Shown: positions 34,721 through 44,332 of the stretch, one piece after another
Position numbering within the stretch: the stretch's first letter is position 1
Layout of the letters: each line of letters starts with the position of its first letter
Source: an uncultured Gammaproteobacteria bacterium
GTDB taxonomy: Bacteria > Patescibacteriota > Microgenomatia > UBA1406 > GWC2-37-13
Assembly (NCBI GenBank): GCA_964437175.1
Contig: CAYTFR010000001.1
Coordinates: 1-49,465, forward strand
Reading direction: 5' to 3'
DNA length: 49,465 nt
Notes under the pieces: model-generated
Seen by the model: only the letters and a program-made list of their open reading frames with translations
Database searches by the model: none
Told to the model about the DNA's origin: nothing
Position numbers and translations under genes: made by a program

Positions 34721-35170
34721 TTATTTTTTAAGGTATTCCTTTACCTCTTTATCAAGCTCTCTTTTAATTCTTTTTTGTTTATCAAGTTTTTTTCTTTCAA
34801 TCTCTCCTCTTCCTCGTACTAACCCTATTTTTAGCTTGATCAGACCGTCTTTATTATAACATGAAATAGGAACAATTGTCAATCTCCCGCCTGATTTTAG
34901 TTTTATTTGAAGTTTAATAATTTGTTTTTTGTGAAGAAGAAGCTTTCTTGTTCTTCTTAAATCATAATTTTCAGGACAAGCAAATTTATAGATCGGAATT
35001 TCAGCATTTAAAAGAAAAACCTCATTGCCAATAATTTTAACAAAAGCATTATCAAGTTTTATTCTTCCTGATTTAACAGATTTTACTTCAGCCCCTGTTA
35101 AAACAATACCTGTTTCATAGGCTTTAATTTCTTTATAATAACGGCGATATTTCTTATTGAAGACCTTCAT
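34721..35170 (-). CDS. smpB: SsrA-binding protein SmpB
   Basis: YETGIVLTGAEVKS, LLLHKKQI, and a basic C-terminal tail. Confidence 0.9.
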   Translation of the reverse strand: MKVFNKKYRRYYKEIKAYETGIVLTGAEVKSVKSGRIKLDNAFVKIIGNEVFLLNAEIPIYKFACPENYDLRRTRKLLLHKKQIIKLQIKLKSGGRLTIVPISCYNKDGLIKLKIGLVRGRGEIERKKLDKQKRIKRELDKEVKEYLKK

Positions 35171-35214
35171 TCTCTCATTTTACCAAAAGCCCATTATAAA
35201 AAATGCCCGTATGC

Positions 35215-35220
35215 TACAAT
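35215..35220 (+). promoter_or_regulatory. -10 element TACAAT 6 nt upstream of the PHP-nuclease ATG
   Basis: The geometry supports the start at 35227 and a leaderless or near-leaderless mRNA. Confidence 0.3.
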
Positions 35221-35226
35221 ATAAAT

Positions 35227-36600
35227 ATGCAGATAATTGCTGATCTTCAGATCCACTCTAAGTACTCTCGAGCCACCTCTCCAAAAATGGATCTAATGGG
35301 AATTGCCCATTGGGCGAGCCTAAAAGGAATTGATTTAATTGCCACTGGCGACTGGACACATCCTTTATGGTTCCGAGAAATAAAGACTAATCTTAAGGAA
35401 AAATATCAAGGAATATATACTCTTAAAGAACAATCATCTAACCAACCCTTAAAAAAAAACCAAAAGGAAGTTAATTTTCTTCTTTCAACTGAGATCTCAA
35501 GTATTTATTCTCAAGGAGGGAAAGTCCGTCGAGTCCACAATCTTATTTTCTCACCCTCAATAGAGACATGTGAAAAAATAATTAAAGCTTTACAAAATCG
35601 TGGTTGTAAACTAATGTCTGATGGTCGACCCATAATTGGACTATCATCAAAGGCTCTTTTAGAATTAGCTTTAACCGTTGATGAAAATATTTTATTTATT
35701 CCAGCTCATATCTGGACACCCTGGTTTGCTCTTTTTGGTTCAAAATCCGGCTTTGATTCAATTGAAGAATGTTTTGGAAATCTTTCTTCCCATATTTATG
35801 GAATTGAAACTGGACTTTCTTCTGACCCTAGAATGAACTGGCAGATTAAAGAGCTTGAGAATCGATCAATTCTTTCTTTTTCTGATGCTCATTCTGGTCC
35901 TAAACTTGGCAGAGAAGCAACTATTTTTGTCTCAAGAGACAAACTCCACCCGGTCAAAAAATACTCATATAATGATATTGCCGATACTATTAGACAAAAA
36001 CCTAATAGTAAATTAAAAATCAGCTATACGATTGAGTTTTTTCCTGAAGAAGGAAAATATCATTGGAGTGGCCATCGAAACTGTAATATCCGTTACTCAC
36101 CCCAGGAAGTAAAGAAAAAAGGAAGTATTTGCCCTGTGTGCCAAAAACCATTAACCATTGGTGTTGAAAACAGAGTCATAAACCTGGCTAGTAAAATAAT
36201 TGATAAAGATGATCTGGTTTATCTAAAAAACAAGGCTGGAGTAACCTTTGTTTACGACAAAGAAAAAAAACAAAAACCGTTTGTCTCTTTAATCCCTCTG
36301 TTAGAAATCCTTCTTGAACTTCATAATCGCTCACAAACTAAAGCAAAAAGGGATTATGATCATCTGACTTCATTATATGCCAGTGAGTTTGAGATCTTAC
36401 TTAAAAGGCCTTATGAAGAAATTGAAAAGTTTGCTGGAAAACAGTTAATGGAAGCAATTAAAATGGTTCGTGAAAGAAAGGTTTTTGTTGACCCCGGATA
36501 TGATGGTGTTTTTGGAAAAGTTAAAATTAAATCATTGAAAAATGATCAACGATCAACAAACCAACAACAAAAAGAAAAAAAACAACTTAACCTTTTTTAA
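35227..36600 (+). CDS. PHP-domain protein, endonuclease Q-like (TIGR00375-type)
   Basis: ADLQIHSKYSRATS...TGDWTHPLW N-terminal PHP motif, and a C-terminal zinc-finger-like CPVCQKPLTIGVENRV. Confidence 0.55.
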   Translation: MQIIADLQIHSKYSRATSPKMDLMGIAHWASLKGIDLIATGDWTHPLWFREIKTNLKEKYQGIYTLKEQSSNQPLKKNQKEVNFLLSTEISSIYSQGGKVRRVHNLIFSPSIETCEKIIKALQNRGCKLMSDGRPIIGLSSKALLELALTVDENILFIPAHIWTPWFALFGSKSGFDSIEECFGNLSSHIYGIETGLSSDPRMNWQIKELENRSILSFSDAHSGPKLGREATIFVSRDKLHPVKKYSYNDIADTIRQKPNSKLKISYTIEFFPEEGKYHWSGHRNCNIRYSPQEVKKKGSICPVCQKPLTIGVENRVINLASKIIDKDDLVYLKNKAGVTFVYDKEKKQKPFVSLIPLLEILLELHNRSQTKAKRDYDHLTSLYASEFEILLKRPYEEIEKFAGKQLMEAIKMVRERKVFVDPGYDGVFGKVKIKSLKNDQRSTNQQQKEKKQLNLF

Positions 36601-37819
36601 TAAGAGACAAATAAAAAAACTTTTATTTTTTTTACTGGTCTTCTTGTTTCCAACTCAGTTTGGAAAACATTTCTTTTTTGATTTCTCATATCTTTCTGGA
36701 ATAAAAACCGATTATTTAGCGCCAACTATTTATCTAACTGATATTTTAGTGATTAGTTTAATCCCTTTTTACCTCCAACCATTGATTAAGTTTTTTAAAA
36801 AACCAAAAATCATTTTCTTGCTTTTTTTATTAATTACTAATCTTTTTTTTTCTATAAATCCTTGGATAACTTTTTACCGTTTTCTTAAAATAATTGAATT
36901 TTTAATCGTCTTTGTAATAATTGCTTTTACCTTTATAAAACAAGACAAAGAGCTTAATAAGCTATTAATCTTCGCCTTTTTTCTCTCATCAATCTTTGAA
37001 CTATTATTAGCCAGTTTCCAGTTTATATACAAACGATCACTTCAAGGAATTTTTTATTTTTTTGGAGAACGATACTTTACTTTAAGCACCCCAAATATTG
37101 CTAAAAGTTCATTAAACGGTGTTGAGATCCTCAGACCTTACGGAACTTTTTCTCATCCCAATTCTTTAGGAGGTTTTTATCTTCTTTTATATTTTTTTGT
37201 TTTAACTAACAAACAATTTAACCAACGCAAAATAATTAAAACTAGTCTGCTTTTTATAGCCACTTTTTTAATCCTCTTATCTTTTTCTAAAATAGTTATC
37301 TTTACCTTTTTAATTCTTAATCTTTATTATTTTGTAAGATTTAGTTCAAAAAAAGAACTATGCAAACTGTGTTCGGTGGCTCGAGGAACAATTTTAACCG
37401 TTCTTTCTTTATTATTCCTTTCGGTCCACAACGATCCTTTAACTATAAAAAAACGGATTGAGTTAATTAAAAATGCTTTTCAGATTATCCTAAAAAGACC
37501 TCTTCTCGGAGTTGGCTTAGGTAACTATACTATTAGTCAAAACCAACTTTCATCAAATTATTATTTCTTGTTAAACCAACCTGTTCATAATATCTTTTTA
37601 CTTTTTACGGCTGAAGTCGGAATTATTATGGCTGGTCTCATCTTTATTTGGATAGTTTACCATTTAAAAATAGGATTTAAAAAACCATCAATTCTGTTTA
37701 TTTTTTTAATCATTTTAATAACTGGTTCTTTTGATCATTATTGGCTAACCCTCCAGCAGAATTGGTTATTATTTTCTTTTACAGTTGGATATGGAGTAAA
37801 GAAATTTATTTCTAAATAA
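36542..37819 (+). CDS. O-antigen ligase-like (Wzy_C family) membrane protein
   Basis: More than 10 TM helices and a loop RPYGTFSHPNSLGGF typical of O-antigen ligase/polymerase. The start is uncertain because it overlaps the upstream gene by 59 nt. Confidence 0.6.
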   Translation: MINDQQTNNKKKKNNLTFFNKRQIKKLLFFLLVFLFPTQFGKHFFFDFSYLSGIKTDYLAPTIYLTDILVISLIPFYLQPLIKFFKKPKIIFLLFLLITNLFFSINPWITFYRFLKIIEFLIVFVIIAFTFIKQDKELNKLLIFAFFLSSIFELLLASFQFIYKRSLQGIFYFFGERYFTLSTPNIAKSSLNGVEILRPYGTFSHPNSLGGFYLLLYFFVLTNKQFNQRKIIKTSLLFIATFLILLSFSKIVIFTFLILNLYYFVRFSSKKELCKLCSVARGTILTVLSLLFLSVHNDPLTIKKRIELIKNAFQIILKRPLLGVGLGNYTISQNQLSSNYYFLLNQPVHNIFLLFTAEVGIIMAGLIFIWIVYHLKIGFKKPSILFIFLIILITGSFDHYWLTLQQNWLLFSFTVGYGVKKFISK

Positions 37820-37834
37820 GAATTTAACTTTTTT

Positions 37835-38398
37835 TTAGAATTTACCTAATTTTTGGTAAATCTTTCGGTTGATCTCTAATGTTTTACTCAAAAGCTCACT
37901 CTGACCCTGAGGCAGTAAAACCGATAATGATTGAATTATTTCTTGATGTTTTTGGTTGCTTAATTTTAGTTTTAAAATAAACTCTCCATCAGGACTTTTT
38001 CCTTGTTCTTTTGTTTCTTTTAAGACTGTTAATAATTTTAGAAAATATTTTTCGCCTTTATTTGCTGTCTTCACGGCTAATTTTTCCTTGCCTTTTTTAG
38101 CTAAAGACAAACTCATAACCGCTTGTTTATCTGAAAGCAAAAGTAATAATTTTGATTTTTTTATCAAATCACGGGTCATTAATACAAGAAGTTTGTCTCG
38201 AATCCTTTTCAATAAAAATATTGGATTATCAGGAAGAATTCCTGAATATGGAAGTTGGTATTCTACTTTAGATCTATTAACATCCATTGCTTGCGAGTAA
38301 GTAAAAACCGCTTCAGAAGTAGTAAAAAAATAGATAACAGTTGGAATTATAAAAAGAAGTGAAAATATAGTTAAAAAAACAGACAATCTTTTTCGCAT
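37835..38398 (-). CDS. Membrane-anchored hypothetical protein (DUF5667-like)
   Basis: N-terminal TM segment, then YQLPYSGILPDNPIFLLKRIRD, as in DUF5667 proteins common in CPR genomes. Start at MRKRL. Confidence 0.45.
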   Translation of the reverse strand: MRKRLSVFLTIFSLLFIIPTVIYFFTTSEAVFTYSQAMDVNRSKVEYQLPYSGILPDNPIFLLKRIRDKLLVLMTRDLIKKSKLLLLLSDKQAVMSLSLAKKGKEKLAVKTANKGEKYFLKLLTVLKETKEQGKSPDGEFILKLKLSNQKHQEIIQSLSVLLPQGQSELLSKTLEINRKIYQKLGKF

Positions 38399-38444
38399 GG
38401 ATATATTATAACAAATCAAAGCCTATTCTTCCCTAAAATAGTTT

Positions 38445-38484
38445 GTCCCCCCGATCTTAGATTTAAATTACAAGTCGGGGGGAC
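38445..38484 (-). terminator. 10-bp G/C-rich hairpin downstream of hup (putative terminator or stabiliser)
   Basis: GTCCCCCCGA...TCGGGGGGAC with a 20-nt loop, beginning 24 nt after the hup stop. The downstream T tract is only weak. Confidence 0.35.
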
Positions 38485-38507
38485 TTAGGAAAAAGCAGTT
38501 ATTAATT

Positions 38508-38780
38508 TCATTTAACTACTCTTTTAAGGCTTTTACCAGCAGTAAAGCCTGGTGTTTTTGTCGCTGGGATCTGAATTTCTGCTCCAGTCTGAGGATTCCT
38601 TCCTTTCCTAGCAGCTCTGTTTCTAACAACAAATGTTCCAAATCCAGTTACTACTACTTTTTCGCCTCTTTTCATAGCGTCAGTAATAGTTCCAAAAACA
38701 GAATTAACAGCATCTTTAGATGCTTTAGCAGTCAACCCTGCTTTTTTAGCTACTTGGGCGACTAAATCTGCTTTAGTCAT
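38508..38780 (-). CDS. hup: DNA-binding protein HU
   Basis: MTKADLV...[21 protein letters not shown], the canonical HU arm. Confidence 0.9.
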   Translation of the reverse strand: MTKADLVAQVAKKAGLTAKASKDAVNSVFGTITDAMKRGEKVVVTGFGTFVVRNRAARKGRNPQTGAEIQIPATKTPGFTAGKSLKRVVK

Positions 38781-38894
38781 ATATTTTTCACCCCCTTTCT
38801 TTAAAAATTGTTTGCGAATTTATAATAGACATGAACATTCCAAATTCTTAAGTCCGCCATTATTCGCTCTTTAAGCTACCCTATTTACACCATC

Positions 38895-38923
38895 ATAATA
38901 GTTGGTTTTTCCTTTCTTGTCAA
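38895..38923 (-). promoter_or_regulatory. hup promoter (TTGACA-17-TATTAT)
   Basis: Perfect -35, 17-nt spacer and a good -10 on the minus strand. The leader of about 110 nt ends in the SD sequence AAGGGGGTGA. Confidence 0.55.
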
Positions 38924-39056
38924 TCCGTATTTAAAATATCTTATTGTAACAATCTATATCAAATTTAGACTGATAGAATAGTCTTTTATGAAAGAATTTT
39001 AAAAATAGTTAAAGAAGAAACGTCTATATCAAAAGTTTCGTTAGATAATTAGAAAT

Positions 39057-40514
39057 TTAAATTTTCGTTGTTGTTTTAATTCTAAATTCTCTTATCACCG
39101 TAATTTTTATTTGGCCAGGAAAAACATCAAATTTCTCTTCTAATTTCTTTTTTATTTTATTGGCTAAAATCACTGATTCATCATCCGTTTTCAAACTCGG
39201 CTCTATAATGACTCGCAACTCTCTTCCTGCTTGAAGAGCATAAGCATCTTTCACTCCCTTATTAGCTTTAGCAGTCTCTTCAATTGTTTTTATTCTTTTT
39301 AAATAATGTTGAAAATCCTCATGGCGGGCTCCAGGCCTTCCGCCTGAAACAGCATCAGAGATATAAACAATTACTGCCTCTATTGAGGCAAATGGAATAT
39401 CTTCATGATGAGAAGCAACAGTATCAATTATTTTTTTTGGGAAATTGTGTTTTTTTAATAATTCAACCGCTAAATCAACATGAGATCCTTCTTTATCATT
39501 AATAACCTTGCCAATATCATGAAGTAAACATCCTAAACGAACAACTTGGACATCAGCTTTTAATTCTTGAGCTAAGGCAACCCCTATTTTTGTCTCTTCT
39601 AAAGTATGGAGAATCATACTTTGTCCGTAAGAATAACGATACTTAAATTTCCCCAAAAGCCGAATTATTTCTGTAGGTAGATTAAAAACTCCTGTTTTAT
39701 GAGCAAGATCTTCTCCTGCTTTATAAGTAATTTTTTCAATTTCTTTTTTGGTTTTATTAACAATTTCCTCAATCCTCTGCGGTTGAATCCGCCCATCTTT
39801 TATCAATTGTTTTAAAGCGACCCGAGCAACTTCTCTTTTAATTGAATCAAATGAAGAGATTTTTATCACTCCTTCTTCTTCTAAATCAAGATCAACTCCT
39901 GTTGCTAACTCAAAAGCCCTAATATTCCGTCCATCTTTACCAATTATTCTTCCTTTGTATTTTTCATCTGGCAAAGATATTGTTGAAAGAGTATATTCCG
40001 CCACATAATCAGTCGCTCCATAGCGCATAACATCAACCAATATCTCTTTTGCTTTTTTATCTTTAGTTGCTTTTATTTCTTCTTCTGATTGACGTATTTT
40101 ATCAGCAATCTCTTTTTTCAATCTTTCTTCCCATGTTTTTAAAAGTAGATTTCTAGCTTCTTCTTTGCTTAATTGAGCGACCTTTTCCAGTTTTCTTAAA
40201 ATTTCATTTTTTCTTTCTTCCAGTTTTTTTCTAGCTTCAAGGAGTTGCCCTTTTTCCCTTTTTATCTGACTACTTTTATTATCAATCTCTTTCTCTTTTT
40301 CTATAATCCGTTTTTCTACTTCTAGTATTTCTCTGTGAGTTTTACTGGCCTCTTTATCAGCCACCTCTCTTATTTTAAAAGCTTCTCTTTTTGCTTTATT
40401 AATAATTTCTTCTCCTCTTTGTTTTTCTCTACTCGGTTTTCTTTCTTCAACCTTTTTTTGTTTTTCTAATTTTTTTTCAGGCTTACTAAATATTTTAAGT
40501 AGATTTTTAAACAT
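39057..40514 (-). CDS. rny: Ribonuclease Y
   Basis: K/E-rich coiled-coil N-terminus, KH domain (GKDGRNIRAFE), HD domain (LLHDIGK). Confidence 0.9.
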   Translation of the reverse strand: MFKNLLKIFSKPEKKLEKQKKVEERKPSREKQRGEEIINKAKREAFKIREVADKEASKTHREILEVEKRIIEKEKEIDNKSSQIKREKGQLLEARKKLEERKNEILRKLEKVAQLSKEEARNLLLKTWEERLKKEIADKIRQSEEEIKATKDKKAKEILVDVMRYGATDYVAEYTLSTISLPDEKYKGRIIGKDGRNIRAFELATGVDLDLEEEGVIKISSFDSIKREVARVALKQLIKDGRIQPQRIEEIVNKTKKEIEKITYKAGEDLAHKTGVFNLPTEIIRLLGKFKYRYSYGQSMILHTLEETKIGVALAQELKADVQVVRLGCLLHDIGKVINDKEGSHVDLAVELLKKHNFPKKIIDTVASHHEDIPFASIEAVIVYISDAVSGGRPGARHEDFQHYLKRIKTIEETAKANKGVKDAYALQAGRELRVIIEPSLKTDDESVILANKIKKKLEEKFDVFPGQIKITVIREFRIKTTTKI

Positions 40515-40701
40515 AAATATATCCTTGACTCGAAAGAGAAGTTGTTTTGAAGCTTAAAGATTAAACGTACCACATACAGATATTTAAGAATGGAACCAAT
40601 AAATCTTTTTTAACTAGCATTAAATCAACTTCTTCGAGAAAATTATAACTAATAAACTCATTTAGAGTATTATTTAAAATAAACATTCTATTTTACCTTT
40701 T

Positions 40702-41199
40702 TTATATCAAATCTTCAAACTCATTTTCTTTTTTTTCTAAAAGTTCATAAGTCTTTTTAATAACATCAAAGTTAAAACCCCTCCTTTGAAGGTACTGAAA
40801 AGTTCTCTCAAGCCTTTTCCTTTTAGGAAGTTTCTTAAATAATGGCCAACGATTCAAGATTGCTTTATAAGCCAACTGTTCTTCATTTAATGGGTTGTTA
40901 ATAAAAAAGTCATTAATTAATTCTTTTTCAATTCCTAGCCTTAACAGTTCATTTTTTAAAGCAAACTTTCCCTTAGGTCTGTTCCTTTTCCTTTGATCAA
41001 CAAACCATGAAATAAATTTTTTATCATTTATTAGATCCTCTTTTGTTAAAAACTCAATTACTTGTTTAATGATTTCCTCAGTGTATTTAAATCTCTTTGA
41101 TTTTTTTATGAGATATTTATAGATCTCTTTTCTTGTTCGGGGTCTGTATTTTAGATAAAAGTAAGCAGAATTAAGGGCTCTCGTAAATTTCTTGTCCAT
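40702..41199 (-). CDS. recX: RecX regulatory protein
   Basis: Three-repeat helical pattern, with the start codon 7 nt downstream of the recA stop. Confidence 0.75.
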   Translation of the reverse strand: MDKKFTRALNSAYFYLKYRPRTRKEIYKYLIKKSKRFKYTEEIIKQVIEFLTKEDLINDKKFISWFVDQRKRNRPKGKFALKNELLRLGIEKELINDFFINNPLNEEQLAYKAILNRWPLFKKLPKRKRLERTFQYLQRRGFNFDVIKKTYELLEKKENEFEDLI

Positions 41200-41205
41200 T
41201 ATTGT

Positions 41206-42210
41206 CTATGTTTCCTTACCAAATAGTTTTTTTCTCACTAGTTTCTCTACTTTTTTTCTTAACTTATTATCTTTTTTCATCAACTCAACTACTTGTAAAG
41301 CTCCCTGACCAATTACTTTATCATCTAATTTAATAAATGACCCTGAGCGTGTCAAAACTCCGGTTTGAATAGCTGCCTCAATTAAAGCCAATCCTTTATT
41401 TATCCCTTCAGCAGTAATAACAACAATTGCCTCTTTAAACGGCGGAGCTATTTTGTTTTTCACAATCTTGGCTCTGATTTTTGCACCATATACTTGGTTG
41501 TTTTTTTTCAAGGTCTCAATCTTTCGAACATCTATTCTGACTGAAGAATAAAACTTTAAAGCCATCCCTCCAGAAGTTGTTTCTGGATTACCAAACAAAA
41601 TACCAATTTTTAGTCTAATCTGATTGGTGAAAATTATTGTTGTTTTTGATTTGGAAACTACTCCAGTTAGTTTTCTCAAGGCTTGAGACATTAACCGAGC
41701 CTGTACTCCAACCTGAGCATCTCCCATATCCCCTTCTATTTCTGATCGGGGAACTAAAGCAGCAACCGAATCAATAATTACTAAATCAACCCCTCCTGAT
41801 CTAATTAATGTTTCAGCGATTTCTAAAGCTTGTTCTCCTGTATCAGGCTGAGAAACTAAAAGATCTCCCATATTGACTCCAATTATCTTTGCCCAAGCGG
41901 GATCTAAAGCATGCTCTACATCAATAAAAGCAGCTACCCCTCCTGTTTTTTGAGTCTCTGCAATTAATGAGAGACAAAGAGTTGTCTTACCGGAAGCTTC
42001 TGGTCCAAATATTTCAACTATTCTTCCTCGTGGGATACCACCAACACCTAAAGCTGCATCAAGAGGCAAAATACCAGTACTAATTTTCTCAATTGCCATG
42101 ACTGGTTTTTCCCCTAAACGCATAATTGATCCTTTCCCAAATTGCTTTTGAATTTGCTCAATAGCATGGTTAACTGCTTCTTGTTTAGGGTTTAAATGTG
42201 ATTCTGCCAT
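41206..42210 (-). CDS. recA: Recombinase RecA
   Basis: GPEASGKTT Walker A, IDSVAAL, and L1/L2 loop regions. Confidence 0.95.
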   Translation of the reverse strand: MAESHLNPKQEAVNHAIEQIQKQFGKGSIMRLGEKPVMAIEKISTGILPLDAALGVGGIPRGRIVEIFGPEASGKTTLCLSLIAETQKTGGVAAFIDVEHALDPAWAKIIGVNMGDLLVSQPDTGEQALEIAETLIRSGGVDLVIIDSVAALVPRSEIEGDMGDAQVGVQARLMSQALRKLTGVVSKSKTTIIFTNQIRLKIGILFGNPETTSGGMALKFYSSVRIDVRKIETLKKNNQVYGAKIRAKIVKNKIAPPFKEAIVVITAEGINKGLALIEAAIQTGVLTRSGSFIKLDDKVIGQGALQVVELMKKDNKLRKKVEKLVRKKLFGKET

Positions 42211-42288
42211 AAAATTTTAAGAATAATTAATGATCTAAACTATTCTGCCATATTTTTTTGAAAATCTCAATCTAAGAAAAAAATAGTT

Positions 42289-43209
42289 CTATAATATATA
42301 AAACAAAATAATAATCGTTGCTCCCCATAAAAAGATCGTTGTCACTAAAGGTAAGTCCTTAGTAATAATCTTTTCTGGTCTTTGCCCCTTTTCCTGCTCA
42401 TAAAGAAGCTGAGCATAACGAGCTATTCCATAAACAACAAAAGGAATGGTTATCATCATCCATCTCCGAGCCTCAAAATCAGGCAGAATACGAGAAAAAT
42501 ATTGAGATAAAAATGTTTTTGTAATTGGTGGTTGTTCAAAATAAGTATAAAAAGAATATGAAAAAATTGTTGTTGTTGCAAAGGTTGTTGTTAAAAAATC
42601 AAGTAAGTGTTTTTTATATAAATAAAGAGACTCTCGTGTTTCTTTCCCATGAACAACTAACTCTGCATGTCTTTTAACTGTTGCCATAAATAAAGAGATG
42701 AAAAAAATCGTCAAAAGCAACCAAATCGGAATGTGATAACCACTGACGACTTCTCCTCCTAATGCCCGTAAAGTAAAAGAAAAGGAAATTGAAAAAATAT
42801 CGATTACTGGATATCTCTTAAGAAATAAAGAATAAAAAAAATGGAGTAAAATAAAAATAAGAGCAATCAAGAAAAATGAGAATGAAAAAAACAAAGAAAC
42901 GATTAATGACAAAAGGCTTAAAACAAAAACAATAAAAGTTGCTTCCTGAAGGCTAATTTTTCCCGAAGCAATTGGTCTTTTCCTCTTAACCGGATGTTTT
43001 TTATCATAAGGAAAATCAATGATATCATTCAAGACGTACGATGTTGACGACAGCAAACAAAAAGCAATAAAAGCATAAAAAGTTCTTAAAAAAATTAAGG
43101 GATTAAAAAGCTTTCCAGAAAAGATTATGGCGGTAAAAACAACTAAGTTTTTAATCCACTGATTAACTCTTAATGCTTGAAGATAATACAAGATCTGTTT
43201 TCTTTTCAT
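42289..43209 (-). CDS. UbiA-family prenyltransferase (decaprenyl-phosphate phosphoribosyltransferase-like)
   Basis: NDIIDFPYDKKHPVKRKRPIASG (NDxxDxxxD-type motif) and about 8 TM helices. Confidence 0.65.
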   Translation of the reverse strand: MKRKQILYYLQALRVNQWIKNLVVFTAIIFSGKLFNPLIFLRTFYAFIAFCLLSSTSYVLNDIIDFPYDKKHPVKRKRPIASGKISLQEATFIVFVLSLLSLIVSLFFSFSFFLIALIFILLHFFYSLFLKRYPVIDIFSISFSFTLRALGGEVVSGYHIPIWLLLTIFFISLFMATVKRHAELVVHGKETRESLYLYKKHLLDFLTTTFATTTIFSYSFYTYFEQPPITKTFLSQYFSRILPDFEARRWMMITIPFVVYGIARYAQLLYEQEKGQRPEKIITKDLPLVTTIFLWGATIIILFYIL

Positions 43210-43253
43210 CTTATTATTGAATTATACACCATTATATACTACTATAAATAAAT

Positions 43254-44327
43254 ATGATTGACCTTGATGACAAAACAGCTATCTTGCAATTACAAGGAGG
43301 AGATCAAGTTTTAAACTCAATTGCTTCTCTTGACAGACAACTTAAACATGCTTGGGAAGAAACACTTCAAATAAATTTTCCTGATGAATACAAAGATGTT
43401 AATCAAGTTGTTGTCTGTGGTATGGGCGGATCTTGTTTTCCAAGTTTAATTATTAAAGAATTGTTTAAAGAACAACTAGAAATACCCATTGTCATCAATA
43501 ATGAGTATAGATTTCCTGGTTTTGTTGATAATAATACTTTGGTAATTTTATCTTCATATTCTGGGACAACAGAAGAAATCCTTTACAATGCCGATCAAGC
43601 TTTTGAAAAAAAAGCTAAAATCAGCGCAATAACAACTAATGGTGATCTGGCTCGATTAATGAAAAAAAACAATCTCCCTTATTATCTTCTTGACCCCATA
43701 TACAATCCTTCAAAACAACCTCGCATTGGTTTTGGATACGCTGTTGGGGCTATTTTAGGCATTTTGTATAACCTAAAATTTTTGTCAATTAAAAAACAAG
43801 AAGTAGAAATTGGGCTATCAAATCTTCCAACCCTTTTAAAAAACTTTTCCTTAGAAACACCAAAACAAAAAAATCCAGCTAAACAGTTGGCTGAAAAACT
43901 TTATCAAAAATACCCCTATTACACGGTAGCTGAATTTTTAACTGGGGTTGGAAACGCCATTGCCAATCAAACAAATGAAACAGCTAAATCTATATCTGTT
44001 TTTCGGGTCATCCCCGAACTAAATCATCATTTAATGGAAGGACTTAAATTTCCCAAAAAAATAAAAGATTTGTTAACTTTTATTTTCTTTTATTCTCCTC
44101 TTTACTCTGAAAAGATAAAAAAGAGGTTTCAGATTACAAAAGAAGTGGTAGAAAAAAACCAAGTTGACACTCAATGGGTTGAATTAAAAGGAAAAAGTAG
44201 AATTGAACAAACTTTTGAACTGATGGGTTTTGGCAGTTACTTAACTATGTATCTTTCTGTCCTTTACGAACAAAATCCTTCTTCCATCCCTTTTGTTGAT
44301 TACTTTAAAAAACGGCTTAAAGATTAA
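43254..44327 (+). CDS. Bifunctional phosphoglucose/phosphomannose isomerase (archaeal-type SIS)
   Basis: CGMGGS and SSYSGTTEE SIS motifs. Size and C-terminal region resemble the PGI/PMI family. Confidence 0.65.
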   Translation: MIDLDDKTAILQLQGGDQVLNSIASLDRQLKHAWEETLQINFPDEYKDVNQVVVCGMGGSCFPSLIIKELFKEQLEIPIVINNEYRFPGFVDNNTLVILSSYSGTTEEILYNADQAFEKKAKISAITTNGDLARLMKKNNLPYYLLDPIYNPSKQPRIGFGYAVGAILGILYNLKFLSIKKQEVEIGLSNLPTLLKNFSLETPKQKNPAKQLAEKLYQKYPYYTVAEFLTGVGNAIANQTNETAKSISVFRVIPELNHHLMEGLKFPKKIKDLLTFIFFYSPLYSEKIKKRFQITKEVVEKNQVDTQWVELKGKSRIEQTFELMGFGSYLTMYLSVLYEQNPSSIPFVDYFKKRLKD

Positions 44328-44332
44328 ATTCA

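Noticed and set aside
42211-42288. LexA/SOS box upstream of recA
   Set aside because: There is no AAC-N4-GTT-type palindrome in the spacer. Only an isolated GAAC half-site is present at the edge, overlapping the stop region of the upstream gene.
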